The position numbers and the translations under genes were made by a program. A stretch of 64,000 nt of DNA from Acidimicrobiia bacterium (GTDB taxonomy: Bacteria > Actinomycetota > Acidimicrobiia > Spongiisociales > ZC4RG35). Every line of letters starts with the position of its first letter. The stretch's first letter is position 1. The DNA is taken from NCBI GenBank assembly GCA_041747375.1, contig JBGTFH010000050.1, forward strand, positions 10,955 to 74,954. The letters run 5' to 3'. The notes beneath the pieces are model-generated. The model did not search any database and was not told where the DNA came from. It worked only from the letters and a program-made list of their open reading frames with translations. Shown here piece by piece: positions 37,656-46,991 of this stretch.

Positions 37656-38426
37656 TTATTGCCGATCTGCGGTGGCGAACACCAGATCTACGGCGGATTC
37701 CACATCAGCAACGACATGGTCCGCTGATTCGAGGTTCATCTTTTCGTCGGTGACACCCGTGAGCACCAGGATCGAAGTCCAGTCGGGCTCACCTTCGGCC
37801 AGGGCGATATCGGTTTCGAGGCGGTCGCCGATGACCCAGGCACGATCGATTCCGGAAGCCTTAATCAGATTTCTCATTGGCAGCTCGGGCTTGCCGGCCT
37901 CGATCGGGTCGACTCCGGAAGCGGTAGCGACCGCCGCCACAATCGCACCGGCACCGGGGAGCAGTCCCGATTCGACGGGGAAAGTCGCATCGGTATTGGA
38001 TGCCACAAACAGGGCTCCATGACGGATTTCGTCGGATGCCCTGGTCAAGGCGGCGTAGTCGAATTGCTGATCGATGCCAACGAGCACGGCATCGGCACCC
38101 GAAGTGACTATCTGGCGTCCCGAATCGGTGACGGCCGCAACAATTCCCTCTCCGCCGATGACCATGCATTTGGACGCTTCTTCGGGTAGCACTGAAACGG
38201 CGGCCATGGCCGACGTCAGGATTGCTTCAGGTGCCACCTCGACACCCAGGACGATGAGAATCTTTTCTGCCACCTGCGCCGGGGTCCGGCTGCTGTTGTT
38301 GGTGACAAACACCACCCTGTATCCCCCGGATTCGAGCCGACGGAGGGCCCCGGCTGCTCCCGGTATTGCCTGCCGACCCCGATAGATGACGCCATCCAGG
38401 TCACAAATAACACTCCTCAACGCCAA
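37656..38426 (-). CDS. HAD-IIA family hydrolase (sugar-phosphate phosphatase type)
   Basis: It has the DLDGVIYRG and VTNNSSRT motifs. The start codon is TTG. Confidence 0.85.
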   Translation of the reverse strand: MALRSVICDLDGVIYRGRQAIPGAAGALRRLESGGYRVVFVTNNSSRTPAQVAEKILIVLGVEVAPEAILTSAMAAVSVLPEEASKCMVIGGEGIVAAVTDSGRQIVTSGADAVLVGIDQQFDYAALTRASDEIRHGALFVASNTDATFPVESGLLPGAGAIVAAVATASGVDPIEAGKPELPMRNLIKASGIDRAWVIGDRLETDIALAEGEPDWTSILVLTGVTDEKMNLESADHVVADVESAVDLVFATADRQ

Positions 38427-38454
38427 AACCCGGCACCCAGATCATCCACAAATT

Positions 38455-38496
38455 CCTTCCCCTCCGGGGAAGGTGGCTCCACCGCTCGGGGTGGAG
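38455..38496 (-). terminator. two adjacent GC-rich hairpins (possible terminator/attenuator between M20 and HAD genes)
   Basis: The hairpins are CCTTCCCC-tcc-GGGGAAGG (38455-38473) and CTCCACC-gctcgg-GGTGGAG (38477-38496). On the minus sense the second is followed by AAUUUGUGG, which is only weakly U-rich. Confidence 0.3.
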
Positions 38497-38555
38497 TCGG
38501 AAGGGGAAGCCAAAACACCAACTCAAGCCTCACCCGCGATTTACCCATCACTCTC

Positions 38556-39881
38556 CTACCTCGACTGTCCAAAACGTTCGAGGATCTCGACATAGAGCCG
38601 GGTGGTCTTCTCCACCGACTCGACTGAGACCTTCTCGTTGTGTCCGTGGAACAGGGCCAGCATCTCCGAGAACGAAGTGCGGTCATCAAAGAGCCCCACC
38701 CCGTAGGCGATGGTCCCCTTCTTCCTCCAGAAGCGCGCATCTGTGGCGGCCGTAATCGTGGTCGGGAAGATACTTCGATGGCCCTCGACGACTTCCACCG
38801 AGTCAGCAATGACCTCCCATAGATGGGTGTCCCGCCGGGAAAGAGTCGCCTCGAGGTCCATGACAGGGTCGATGTCGACATCATCAGACGCCGAACCCAT
38901 TGCTTTTCGCAGGTAGATATCGATGTCTAACCGGCTCGTGCCCGGCAGAGCTCGGATGTCTACTTCGGACCAGGCCCGGTCGGCGATGATATTGGTTTTC
39001 GTCCCGCCCTTCATCCGATTGGGCGACACAGTCAGTCGCGTCGCTGCGTGTGCATAGCGGGCAAATAGCGGGTCAGAAATGGCGACTCTTTCGATCGCTT
39101 CGTCAACGCGGTCAGGGTCGGTGAGGTCATTCTTCAGCTCGTCGCTGAGCGGCAACTCTTGGACAAAGGCCCGCCACTCGTCGGTGATGGTGACAGGCGA
39201 TTCGCCCGCGAAAATCCCGGCCACCGCTGTGACCATTTTTCCCAGGGCATTATCGGAGCGATACGGCGCCGACCCGTGGCCCGGCGTTCCGGATGTACTC
39301 AAGACGGACCAAAAGGCCCCCTTCTCGCCTACAGACACGGGTATCGCCGAGCCCGGCTTCCCGTCATAGGTCGGATATGCGACTTCGGTGAGGAGATAGT
39401 CGGTGCCGACCAGGTCCCAGTGGTCTTCCACCAGAGGCTGAGCACCATACTTCCCGCCTGACTCCTCATCGGCCACTGCAGCGAACATGAGGTCACCCGC
39501 GGGTACCTTTTCCCCGGTGATGTATGGGCGAAATGCCACCGCCATGGCGGAGGTCACATTGAGCATGTCAACTGCCCCCCTCCCGTAGATCCACCCGTCA
39601 TGGATCTCTGCACCAAAGGGATCCCAATCCCACCCTGTCGGGTCGACCGGAACAACATCGAGATGGGGCACCATGGCAAGTGACGGTGCGTTCGACCCGG
39701 ATCCGGCCACCCGATAGACGACCGACTGCCTCCCGGGCACCGGCTCGAAGACCTGGCCGGCGCTTCCGAAGAACTCCTGGAGGGTTGCCACCGACCTGTG
39801 CTCGTGGCCGCTGATGGCCGTTCCGTCATTGACGCAACCGTTCCGGATGAGGGCCTGGAGCAATTCGATGGAATGGCTCAA
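38556..39881 (-). CDS. M20/M25/M40 family metallo-hydrolase (peptidase/deacylase)
   Basis: 441 aa with a typical M20 layout (HLDVVP...DMLN...ADEESGG). Its TTG start overlaps the NUDIX stop (TTGA). Confidence 0.8.
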   Translation of the reverse strand: MSHSIELLQALIRNGCVNDGTAISGHEHRSVATLQEFFGSAGQVFEPVPGRQSVVYRVAGSGSNAPSLAMVPHLDVVPVDPTGWDWDPFGAEIHDGWIYGRGAVDMLNVTSAMAVAFRPYITGEKVPAGDLMFAAVADEESGGKYGAQPLVEDHWDLVGTDYLLTEVAYPTYDGKPGSAIPVSVGEKGAFWSVLSTSGTPGHGSAPYRSDNALGKMVTAVAGIFAGESPVTITDEWRAFVQELPLSDELKNDLTDPDRVDEAIERVAISDPLFARYAHAATRLTVSPNRMKGGTKTNIIADRAWSEVDIRALPGTSRLDIDIYLRKAMGSASDDVDIDPVMDLEATLSRRDTHLWEVIADSVEVVEGHRSIFPTTITAATDARFWRKKGTIAYGVGLFDDRTSFSEMLALFHGHNEKVSVESVEKTTRLYVEILERFGQSR

Positions 39882-40294
39882 TGCTCATCCATCATCTCGA
39901 GTAGAACTTCTAACAGTTCATACATGGTGTCGGGCATATCCAGTTCGAAGGCCGCCTCTAGGTCAACCCATTGCACCTCGGCGGCGTCGTCCCCCGCCTC
40001 TATCTCGCCCCCGGTAGGCGCTCCGAGGAAGTCGACGAGAACGAGATGAGTGTCGAAGTCGATGAACTCCCCTACCCACACGATCTCGTCCAGTTCGACC
40101 AGGATGCCTGTCTCTTCCTTGACTTCGCGGGTTGCAGCTTCGGCCAGTGTCTCGCCGAAGTCCACTTTGCCGCCGGGTACGGCCCACATGCCCTTGTTGG
40201 GTTGCCTGCCTCTCCGGACCAGCAATATCTGGCCTTCCTCAACGACGGCCACCCCCGTGGCGACGACAGGGAATCTGCTACTTATTGTCGTCAT
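39878..40294 (-). CDS. NUDIX hydrolase
   Basis: It carries the Nudix box GGKVDFGETLAEAATREVKEETGI. Confidence 0.88.
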   Translation of the reverse strand: MTTISSRFPVVATGVAVVEEGQILLVRRGRQPNKGMWAVPGGKVDFGETLAEAATREVKEETGILVELDEIVWVGEFIDFDTHLVLVDFLGAPTGGEIEAGDDAAEVQWVDLEAAFELDMPDTMYELLEVLLEMMDEH

Positions 40295-40751
40295 GGTGCA
40301 TCACGATCGATCTTGCACTAAAACCACCCGCTTCGAAGAAGTTCTTGGCCAGACGGTGCCCGGGGAGGACATGGGCATCGAACTTAGTCAATCCCATCTC
40401 CCGGAAGCGGGCCAGAGCGAGGCCGCGCATCTCCTCGCCGATCGCGATCTGGCGTGCCTCTTCCTCGACAAAAACGATCCGTATCGAGCCCAGCCGCTCT
40501 CCCCCGGCTTGCGGGAGCATCTTCTCGATCCTGCCCAGTAGAAAACCGAACGGATATTCCCAGGCCTTCCCGATGATCACGAACGAGTCGGGGCCGTCGA
40601 TTGCCTGAAGCATGGAGTCTGAGACAGGCTCTGCCAGGCCATCGGCCAGGGGCCACATCGGGTGCAGAGCGGTCATTTCCGATTCCAAAGAACGATAGAG
40701 GTCGATCAGAATATCGATGTCACCGGCTGTCGCGAATGAAACGGTGATCAT
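40278..40751 (-). CDS. GNAT-family N-acetyltransferase
   Basis: It has an acetyl-CoA-binding-like segment, VFVEEEARQIAIGEEM. The start is chosen at ATG 40751, which overlaps the upstream stop (ATGA). The ORF is open to 40793. Confidence 0.75.
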   Translation of the reverse strand: MITVSFATAGDIDILIDLYRSLESEMTALHPMWPLADGLAEPVSDSMLQAIDGPDSFVIIGKAWEYPFGFLLGRIEKMLPQAGGERLGSIRIVFVEEEARQIAIGEEMRGLALARFREMGLTKFDAHVLPGHRLAKNFFEAGGFSARSIVMHHDDNK

Positions 40752-41479
40752 TTCCAGAACGCCAGGCGACGTTTCCAACGGTCCCATCCCCACCGCGTCA
40801 CCAGGCCCATCGCCTCTCTCACGATGTCCGGCCCCATTTTCGAAATTCCGTGGGCACGGTCATGAAATGCTATTGGGACTTCGACGATGTTGAGACCCTG
40901 TTTGGTTGCATGCCAGGCCATCTCGACCTGGAACCCATAGCCGGAAGCCTCGGCGCTTGCATAGGGCAGCGCCCTCAAAGCTTCGACACCGAAAGCGCGG
41001 AATCCAGCAGTAGCGTCGCGAACCTCCAATCCGAGCATGAACCGCGAGTAGACGTTTCCGCCCCGCGAAATCAGACGTCGATGCAAGGGCCAGTCCGGCG
41101 TTGACCCGCCCGGAACGTAACGGGAGCCAATGGCCAGATCGGCCCCATTCTCGACCGCGGCGACCAGACGCGGGAGGTCAGCCGGATCGTGGGAAAAGTC
41201 TGCGTCCATTTCGACAACGATCCTGGCGCCGTCGGCAATTGCCCGATCGAATCCGGCGGCGTACGCGGGTCCGAGACCCGCCTTTTCCCTCCGGTGTAGG
41301 GTGGACATCGATTCGTTCTCCGATGCCAGGCGCCGGGCAAGGTCGCCGGTTCCATCCGGAGAATTATCGTCGACCACGAGAAGCCGGTAGCCCTGGTGGA
41401 GAACCGCCGACACGATGTGCGCGAGATTCTCACGCTCGTTGTAGGTGGGAACTACGACGGTTACCCGGTCATTCGGCAC
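40748..41479 (-). CDS. polyprenol-phosphate mannosyltransferase (GT2, Ppm1/Dpm1-like)
   Basis: It has VVVPTYNERENL, VVDDNSPDGT and DADFSHDP motifs. The product is 243 aa. Confidence 0.85.
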   Translation of the reverse strand: MPNDRVTVVVPTYNERENLAHIVSAVLHQGYRLLVVDDNSPDGTGDLARRLASENESMSTLHRREKAGLGPAYAAGFDRAIADGARIVVEMDADFSHDPADLPRLVAAVENGADLAIGSRYVPGGSTPDWPLHRRLISRGGNVYSRFMLGLEVRDATAGFRAFGVEALRALPYASAEASGYGFQVEMAWHATKQGLNIVEVPIAFHDRAHGISKMGPDIVREAMGLVTRWGWDRWKRRLAFWK

Positions 41480-41939
41480 AATCCGTGCAGAGCTGCTTTC
41501 TCTTGTTGGCCAGCTGGCTCATCCGCTTGACCATGAAACACGATTGGCACACAAATTCGTCGGCACGCTGGAGTTGGGTGTCTACGTTCATGGTGAGTTC
41601 TTCGCGGCGGATTGCTCGAAGTTCTTCAACCTCATCTATGAGGAGATTGTCGTTCTTCTCCTCATCCAGTGTCTGCAACTCCTGGCTCTCCAGCTCCTCG
41701 AGGGCTTCGGTGGTCTCCTCGTCCTGGTCGTCCTTCTCCTCGTCGTCATCGTCAAAATCGACATCGTCATCGTCGTCGCCGTCGAGTTCGATGTCCTCTT
41801 CGACGATCACATCGATGTCAAGATCTTCGACTTCCAGGTCTTCCTCATCGGGATCGAGATCGGCCTCATCGATATCTTCGATGTCAGGAGTGTCATCGCC
41901 AACTTCGTCGGTTACTTTCGTCTTCTTCTTGGTTGCCAT
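41469..41939 (-). CDS. DUF4193-type acidic protein with C-terminal zinc ribbon
   Basis: It has a long Asp/Glu-rich tract followed by CQSCFMVKRMSQLANKRKQLCTDC, as in the actinobacterial DUF4193 family. Confidence 0.8.
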   Translation of the reverse strand: MATKKKTKVTDEVGDDTPDIEDIDEADLDPDEEDLEVEDLDIDVIVEEDIELDGDDDDDVDFDDDDEEKDDQDEETTEALEELESQELQTLDEEKNDNLLIDEVEELRAIRREELTMNVDTQLQRADEFVCQSCFMVKRMSQLANKRKQLCTDCAE

Positions 41940-41981
41940 TTCCTACCCCTCGCTGAGCGCCGGGAGTATACGCCCGGTTGT

Positions 41982-42866
41982 CTAGATCTTTAGGTTGATC
42001 GCGGCCGGGATAACCCGACCCGAGATATCTGTATTCCCCAAATGATCACCGTCCGCTTCGACGGGCCATGCCGGTTCCGACTTCAGGTCGAACTCCGCAA
42101 CAGAAAATCGCCGCACGGCAGGATCACCGAGATGGGTACCTTTTACCACCTTCGGCACCAAAGCGGGGGCTCTCCTCTTGGCAGTGTCGATTATCTGCAG
42201 GTCGAGCACGCCATCGATCAGCGTTGCACGTGGAGCCACATTCCACCCGCCGGCGAAGAATTGGGCATTGGCAAAGATCACTGCAAGGGCCTCTGTCTCG
42301 ATCGACCGCTTCTCGGTGGTGAGAGTGATCGTTGCCCGGGGGAACCGGGGCAACCGTGCCAGAAACGCCAGCGGATAACGTGTCGGGCCCAGTGAACGCA
42401 CGAGCCGGCGGGCCGACTCAGCGGCAGCGGCACCTACGCCGGCTTGGGCGACATTTACAAAGAACCGCCTGCCCCAACTCCCATCCAGATAGGCGACATC
42501 GATCATATATCTGGAGTCTGAACCAAGATGTTTGGCTGCCTCGCCGAGATTCTGCGATATTCCGAAGGTACGCAAAAGATCACACCCGGTGCCGGCGGGC
42601 AGGATTCCAATCGTCGGTTTCTCGCCGAGGTCGAGAGGCATGAGCGCATTCACAGCCAGATTGACCGTGCCGTCTCCACCTACCATTACAAAGTGGGTGC
42701 ATCCCTCCCGGGAAGCATCGACGATGGCCTCAATCATTTCCAGACGTGTTGTCGGAGCCACCATCTCGTATTCGATCCCGGTCGTGCCCAACACCTCGCG
42801 TAATGTCGACAGACTCACCGACTTTCTCCCGGCGGCGCCGTTTACCGCCACCAGCCAGCGTTTCAT
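41982..42866 (-). CDS. diacylglycerol/lipid kinase family protein (YegS-like)
   Basis: It has the MVGGDGTVN motif. The start is chosen at ATG 42866, which overlaps the helY stop (ATGA). The Arg-rich upstream extension to 43295 lies inside helY. Confidence 0.8.
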   Translation of the reverse strand: MKRWLVAVNGAAGRKSVSLSTLREVLGTTGIEYEMVAPTTRLEMIEAIVDASREGCTHFVMVGGDGTVNLAVNALMPLDLGEKPTIGILPAGTGCDLLRTFGISQNLGEAAKHLGSDSRYMIDVAYLDGSWGRRFFVNVAQAGVGAAAAESARRLVRSLGPTRYPLAFLARLPRFPRATITLTTEKRSIETEALAVIFANAQFFAGGWNVAPRATLIDGVLDLQIIDTAKRRAPALVPKVVKGTHLGDPAVRRFSVAEFDLKSEPAWPVEADGDHLGNTDISGRVIPAAINLKI

Positions 42867-45406
42867 CCGGCCCCTTGTGCCGCCACAACGCCCCGATCCA
42901 ACCCTTTGAGTGCCTGTGCGCACTCGTTGGCCATGTCGGGGGCGATATCGCGCACCTGCTTCAGAAGGTCGACCAACTGGCGGTTGACCCTGACAAAGTC
43001 CCCGGGTGCCATCGACCCGGTGGTGATCTCGTCGAAGTCTTCCCCGCTTACCCACCGAAATGCCTGGCGGCCAAACCCCGGATCGGGTCTTCCCGTTGGC
43101 GACAGCTTCGCCCGACGCTCCCGGTCGACGAGATCGTCCCAGATACCTTCTATCTGCTGCCAGCGTTCTGCGAGCACCGCTGATGGCCAGTTGGCCGGCG
43201 ATGCCTGATCTGAACGGGGTTCGTAAACGAACACCGAAAGCAGCGAGGCGAGTGCAGCCGGCTCGAGACCGTAGAAAATGCCCTGTTCGACACACTCGGT
43301 GAGGAGGAGATCAGATTCGTTGTAAACACCCCTGAGCCTCTCTCCCCGTGGAGTCAGCTTCCATCCTCTCAAGTAGTCGAGATCTTCGAGCAGGCCCAGA
43401 ATGGCGTGGAATTCCTCGACCAGCCCGAATCCACCGGACCGGCGAGCGGTCCTCATTTGCTCCACCTTTCGCTCCAATATCCGAGCCCGTCGGGCGGCAA
43501 CGAGATGACGTCCCATATCGGGACAGTCAGCCACCGGGTGGGTGGCCTCCCGGGGGGGGCGACTCCGGTCCTTCTCCTTGTTCGGAATCTTGCGGAGACG
43601 CCGCAAAGTCTCCTGGACAAACCGACGATCACGGGGACGCACCGGACGGGGCAGGTCCAGAGTTGCTGCATGCGCCGACCCGGCAACGATTTCGCGACGA
43701 CCCAGGCTCGACACCCTTCCTGATGTGGAAAGGACGAGATACCTGGCACCACTATCCTTGCTGGACAGCCGTTTCAAAACCACATAGCGGCCCTGTCGGG
43801 CACCTCCGGCGATGTCGACGACGGCTCCCTCGTTCAAGGTGGATGCGATCGAGTCGTTGTGAGGTTGGGGCGACGACGACTCGATGAGGCTCAGATACTC
43901 CTCAACCGATCCCAGATCACACCTCGACTTCTCCAACTCGGCGGCATATTGCGCCTCCAACGCATCAATGGTGCGTTCGGCGGCGTGCCTGTCCCCTTCG
44001 CGCTGGTAGGCGGCGAACGAGGATGCGAGAAGTTCCTCGGCCTGGTCTCGCTGGTACTTGGAGACGAGGTTGGCTGTCATGTTGTAGGTCGGCCTGAAAC
44101 TCGATTTCAGCGGATGGCTTCCGACTGCCGCTATATCGGTGACACTCGAGAACTTGACAAACGGAGAGTGCAGCACGACCCCATAACCCTCGACGTCGAT
44201 ACCCCGCCTTCCTGCTCGCCCTGTGAGTTGGGTGTAGTCGCCGGGGCGGAGGATCTCGTGTGACTCGCCGTTATATCGGGAGAGGTTCTCGATCACGACG
44301 CTTCTGGCAGGCATATTGATCCCGAGCGCCAGTGTCTCCGTGGCGAACACCACCCTGAGCAGGCCGCTCTCGAAGAGCTCTTCCACCGTCTCCTTGAAGG
44401 CGGGGACCAATCCGGCATGATGCGCCCCGATCCCTTCCTCGAGGGCGGCGGCCCACGCATCGTATCCGAGCACCTTGAGGTCCTGGTCCTCGAGATGAGC
44501 GGTTCTCGTCTCGGCAATCATCCTGATTCGCTTCCGCTCATCCGAGGTAGTCAGCCGGGCCCCGGAGTCTGCCAGTGTCCGGGCCGCAGTATCGCAGCCG
44601 GCGCGGCTGAAAATGAAGTAGATCGCAGGAAGCAGTCGCTCCTCGTGGAGGCGTTCAATTGTGTCCACCCGGTTGGGGGTCTTGAACCGCCGCCGTCTCC
44701 CCCTGTCCAGCCCGAGCATGTGCTCGATTCGAGGATTCGAACGTCGACGGCCATCGCGGGAGACGAAAGTGGGAAGAAGATGCAAAGCCTGCGATCCCAA
44801 CTTGTCCTTGATCATGTACATCGACTCCAGTGGTACAGGCCGGTGGTCCGTCGAGATCAAACGCGTCGAGCCACGACGTTCTCCGACCCAGGCCGCGAAC
44901 TCCACGTTGTTGGATACCGTTGCGGAAAGACAGACCAGCTTTACGTGCTTCGGGCAGTGGATGATCACCTCTTCCCACACCGCACCACGCATCCGGTCCT
45001 GGAGGTAATGGACCTCGTCGAGGACAACGATGCTGACCCTGTGGAGCCGGGAGCTGTCTGCATAGATCATGTTGCGAAGCACTTCCGTGGTCATCACGAC
45101 GATGTCTGCGTCGCCATTGATGACATTGTCTCCGGTCAGCAATCCAACCTTCTCGACGCCGTGCACCGCCACCAGGTCGGCGTACTTCTGGTTGGATAGC
45201 GCCTTGATCGGCGTGGTGTAGAAGGCCCGTTTCCCATCGAGCAAAGCCAGATATATCGCCGCATCGGCCACCAATGTCTTGCCGGAGCCGGTCGGGGCGG
45301 TGACCACGACCGAGTGCCCATCCTCCATGGCCTGGCCCGCCTCGTACTGAAATTCGTCGGGAACGATCGATAGCCCGTCCCAGAACCCGTCAAGCCTGTT
45401 GCTCAT
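42863..45406 (-). CDS. helY: Ski2-like DEAD/DEAH-box RNA helicase HelY
   Basis: It has APTGSGKT and LDEVHY motifs and is large, at 847 aa. The start is chosen at ATG 45406, which overlaps the tatC stop (ATGA). The ORF is open to 45544. Confidence 0.88.
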   Translation of the reverse strand: MSNRLDGFWDGLSIVPDEFQYEAGQAMEDGHSVVVTAPTGSGKTLVADAAIYLALLDGKRAFYTTPIKALSNQKYADLVAVHGVEKVGLLTGDNVINGDADIVVMTTEVLRNMIYADSSRLHRVSIVVLDEVHYLQDRMRGAVWEEVIIHCPKHVKLVCLSATVSNNVEFAAWVGERRGSTRLISTDHRPVPLESMYMIKDKLGSQALHLLPTFVSRDGRRRSNPRIEHMLGLDRGRRRRFKTPNRVDTIERLHEERLLPAIYFIFSRAGCDTAARTLADSGARLTTSDERKRIRMIAETRTAHLEDQDLKVLGYDAWAAALEEGIGAHHAGLVPAFKETVEELFESGLLRVVFATETLALGINMPARSVVIENLSRYNGESHEILRPGDYTQLTGRAGRRGIDVEGYGVVLHSPFVKFSSVTDIAAVGSHPLKSSFRPTYNMTANLVSKYQRDQAEELLASSFAAYQREGDRHAAERTIDALEAQYAAELEKSRCDLGSVEEYLSLIESSSPQPHNDSIASTLNEGAVVDIAGGARQGRYVVLKRLSSKDSGARYLVLSTSGRVSSLGRREIVAGSAHAATLDLPRPVRPRDRRFVQETLRRLRKIPNKEKDRSRPPREATHPVADCPDMGRHLVAARRARILERKVEQMRTARRSGGFGLVEEFHAILGLLEDLDYLRGWKLTPRGERLRGVYNESDLLLTECVEQGIFYGLEPAALASLLSVFVYEPRSDQASPANWPSAVLAERWQQIEGIWDDLVDRERRAKLSPTGRPDPGFGRQAFRWVSGEDFDEITTGSMAPGDFVRVNRQLVDLLKQVRDIAPDMANECAQALKGLDRGVVAAQGAG

Positions 45407-46116
45407 CGTTTCAATGTCAGACGGATCAGCCAATATGTCACTTCGTACATCACATAGAGCGGGATCGATAAGACGAATAATGTGAATAGGTCGCCACTTG
45501 GCGTGATTGCCGCGGCCCCAATCACGATAATCAGGACCGCCCACCGACGGCCGCTGGCGAGTTGTTTCGACGTGATGAGATGCGCTGCCGCAGCCGCGTA
45601 GAGAAACACCGGATATAGAAATGCGATCCCGAAGGCCAGCATGAACCTGAGGGTGAATGAGTAGTACTGACCGATCTGCAGGTTGGTATCCACGCCGGGG
45701 AAGATGTCGAGAAGAAACTCAAGGCCACGGGGCAATGACCAATAGCCGAAGGCGACTCCGCTGATGAACAACACAACGAGAGCGGCCACGATCGGAATCG
45801 CCCATTTGCGTTCGGTTGCCTTCAGTGCAGGATTGATGAATGCCCAGATTTGATAGAGCACCACAGGACTCGCAATGATGAGACCGCCGAATAGGGCGAT
45901 CCTCATCAAAACACCCCATTGTTCACCAACTGCCAATGACTGTAGGTTCGAATCGGGGACGGCCTCGTTAAACGGACGCTCGAGGAAAACCCTGATCTGG
46001 TCCACAAATATGAAGGACAGAACCCCTGCTGCAATCACTGCGATGGCGATCTTGAGCAGGCGCCATCGCAGTTCATCGAGATGGGCAAGGATCGATTGAG
46101 GTTGGTCCGAGGTCAT
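45403..46116 (-). CDS. tatC: twin-arginine translocase subunit TatC
   Basis: HLDELRWRLLK is a TatC N-terminus, followed by six TM segments. Confidence 0.9.
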   Translation of the reverse strand: MTSDQPQSILAHLDELRWRLLKIAIAVIAAGVLSFIFVDQIRVFLERPFNEAVPDSNLQSLAVGEQWGVLMRIALFGGLIIASPVVLYQIWAFINPALKATERKWAIPIVAALVVLFISGVAFGYWSLPRGLEFLLDIFPGVDTNLQIGQYYSFTLRFMLAFGIAFLYPVFLYAAAAAHLITSKQLASGRRWAVLIIVIGAAAITPSGDLFTLFVLSIPLYVMYEVTYWLIRLTLKR

Positions 46117-46502
46117 TCCTCTTCACCGCCCGCGTCAATGCCCCTTGACCTGAGATACTCTTGCCGTTCGATCTCTTCGAGATCGGCCATCGCATCGGCA
46201 GGGGTAGGCCCCGAAACGGGTTTGGGCCCCGTCCATTCGAGACGGCTGACCCCGACTTCGTCTACGGCATTCTTAATGTCGCCAAGCGGCTTCTTGAAGT
46301 CATCCTTGATTCCCTTCCACTCGTCGCTGACTTCTTTGAGCCCGGCCACCTCGGACTCGAGGCCGCGTTGAATTTCGCGTGCTGCCTTGCGAAGTTCGGC
46401 TGCGTATTCGCCTGCCTTACGTGCGATTTCGGGTAGACGGGCCGGACCGAGGACGATGAGGGCCACGATCAGGATGATGATGAGTTCGCCGCCTTGAAAC
46501 AT
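46113..46502 (-). CDS. tatA: Sec-independent translocase TatA/TatB-family protein
   Basis: It starts MFQGGELIIILIVALIVLGPARLPE. At 129 aa it is longer than most TatA proteins and has a TatB-like tail. Confidence 0.85.
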   Translation of the reverse strand: MFQGGELIIILIVALIVLGPARLPEIARKAGEYAAELRKAAREIQRGLESEVAGLKEVSDEWKGIKDDFKKPLGDIKNAVDEVGVSRLEWTGPKPVSGPTPADAMADLEEIERQEYLRSRGIDAGGEEE

Positions 46503-46536
46503 GGGGCGATGGTAAAGGGTTCTTCACCCATTAACG

Positions 46537-46600
46537 AGAAGTGGCGACTCCCCCAAGAAGTCGCCACTTCTCATCGACCGGTGTCCTGCCCCGGACACCC
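46537..46600. other. two perfect inverted repeats in the spacer upstream of tatA (14-bp and 7-bp stems)
   Basis: The repeats are GAGAAGTGGCGACT-cccccaaga-AGTCGCCACTTCTC (46537-46573) and GGTGTCC-tgcccc-GGACACC (46581-46600). Neither is followed by a T-tract on either strand. Confidence 0.6.
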
Positions 46601-46620
46601 ACCGAAGTTTGTCGTCTAGA

Positions 46621-46911
46621 TCAGCCGGCCAGGAGTCGGAACGGATCAGGTTCCGAATCGAGGGCGTCGACAAAAGCCGTGATCTCAGACTCGGTGATCG
46701 GCTCGTCATTGATAACTTCAAAAGCAACTCCGGTGGCCAGTAGGACGCTAACGACTCGAGAGTTCGCAGGTCTTCGCTGTTGGGAGGTACAGGACGGGCA
46801 CTTAAAGCGGTAATCGCCTTCCCGTCCACCCGGGCGGAGTTCCAACGCTACGTCATCCGGTGTCAAATGGATATCGCCGCACTGTCCGCAAGTTGTCTTT
46901 ATTGTTGTCAT
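46621..46911 (-). CDS. hypothetical CxxC...CxxC zinc-ribbon protein
   Basis: The sequence is MTTIKTTCGQCGDIHL...FKCPSCTSQQ. ATG 46911 has GGAGAA 7 nt upstream. An alternative ATG lies at 46932. Confidence 0.6.
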   Translation of the reverse strand: MTTIKTTCGQCGDIHLTPDDVALELRPGGREGDYRFKCPSCTSQQRRPANSRVVSVLLATGVAFEVINDEPITESEITAFVDALDSEPDPFRLLAG

Positions 46912-46991
46912 TCCGATTCTCCGGTCACCCATGACAGAAGTTTCGGCAGGCAGTGGCTTTACCTGTATAGAGGATTGGTAGGTCGTAAGCC

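Noticed and set aside
41101-41985. 294-aa plus-strand Ser-rich ORF (and 41445-41993)
   Set aside because: These are the reverse-frame reading of the Asp/Glu-rich DUF4193 gene (GAC/GAG codons read as GTC/CTC/TCx). It is a low-complexity artefact.
41982-43295. 437-aa form of the lipid kinase and 893-aa form of helY (to 45544)
   Set aside because: Both N-terminal extensions lie inside the upstream genes and are Arg-rich nonsense. ATGA overlaps at 42866 and 45406 give sensible N-termini.
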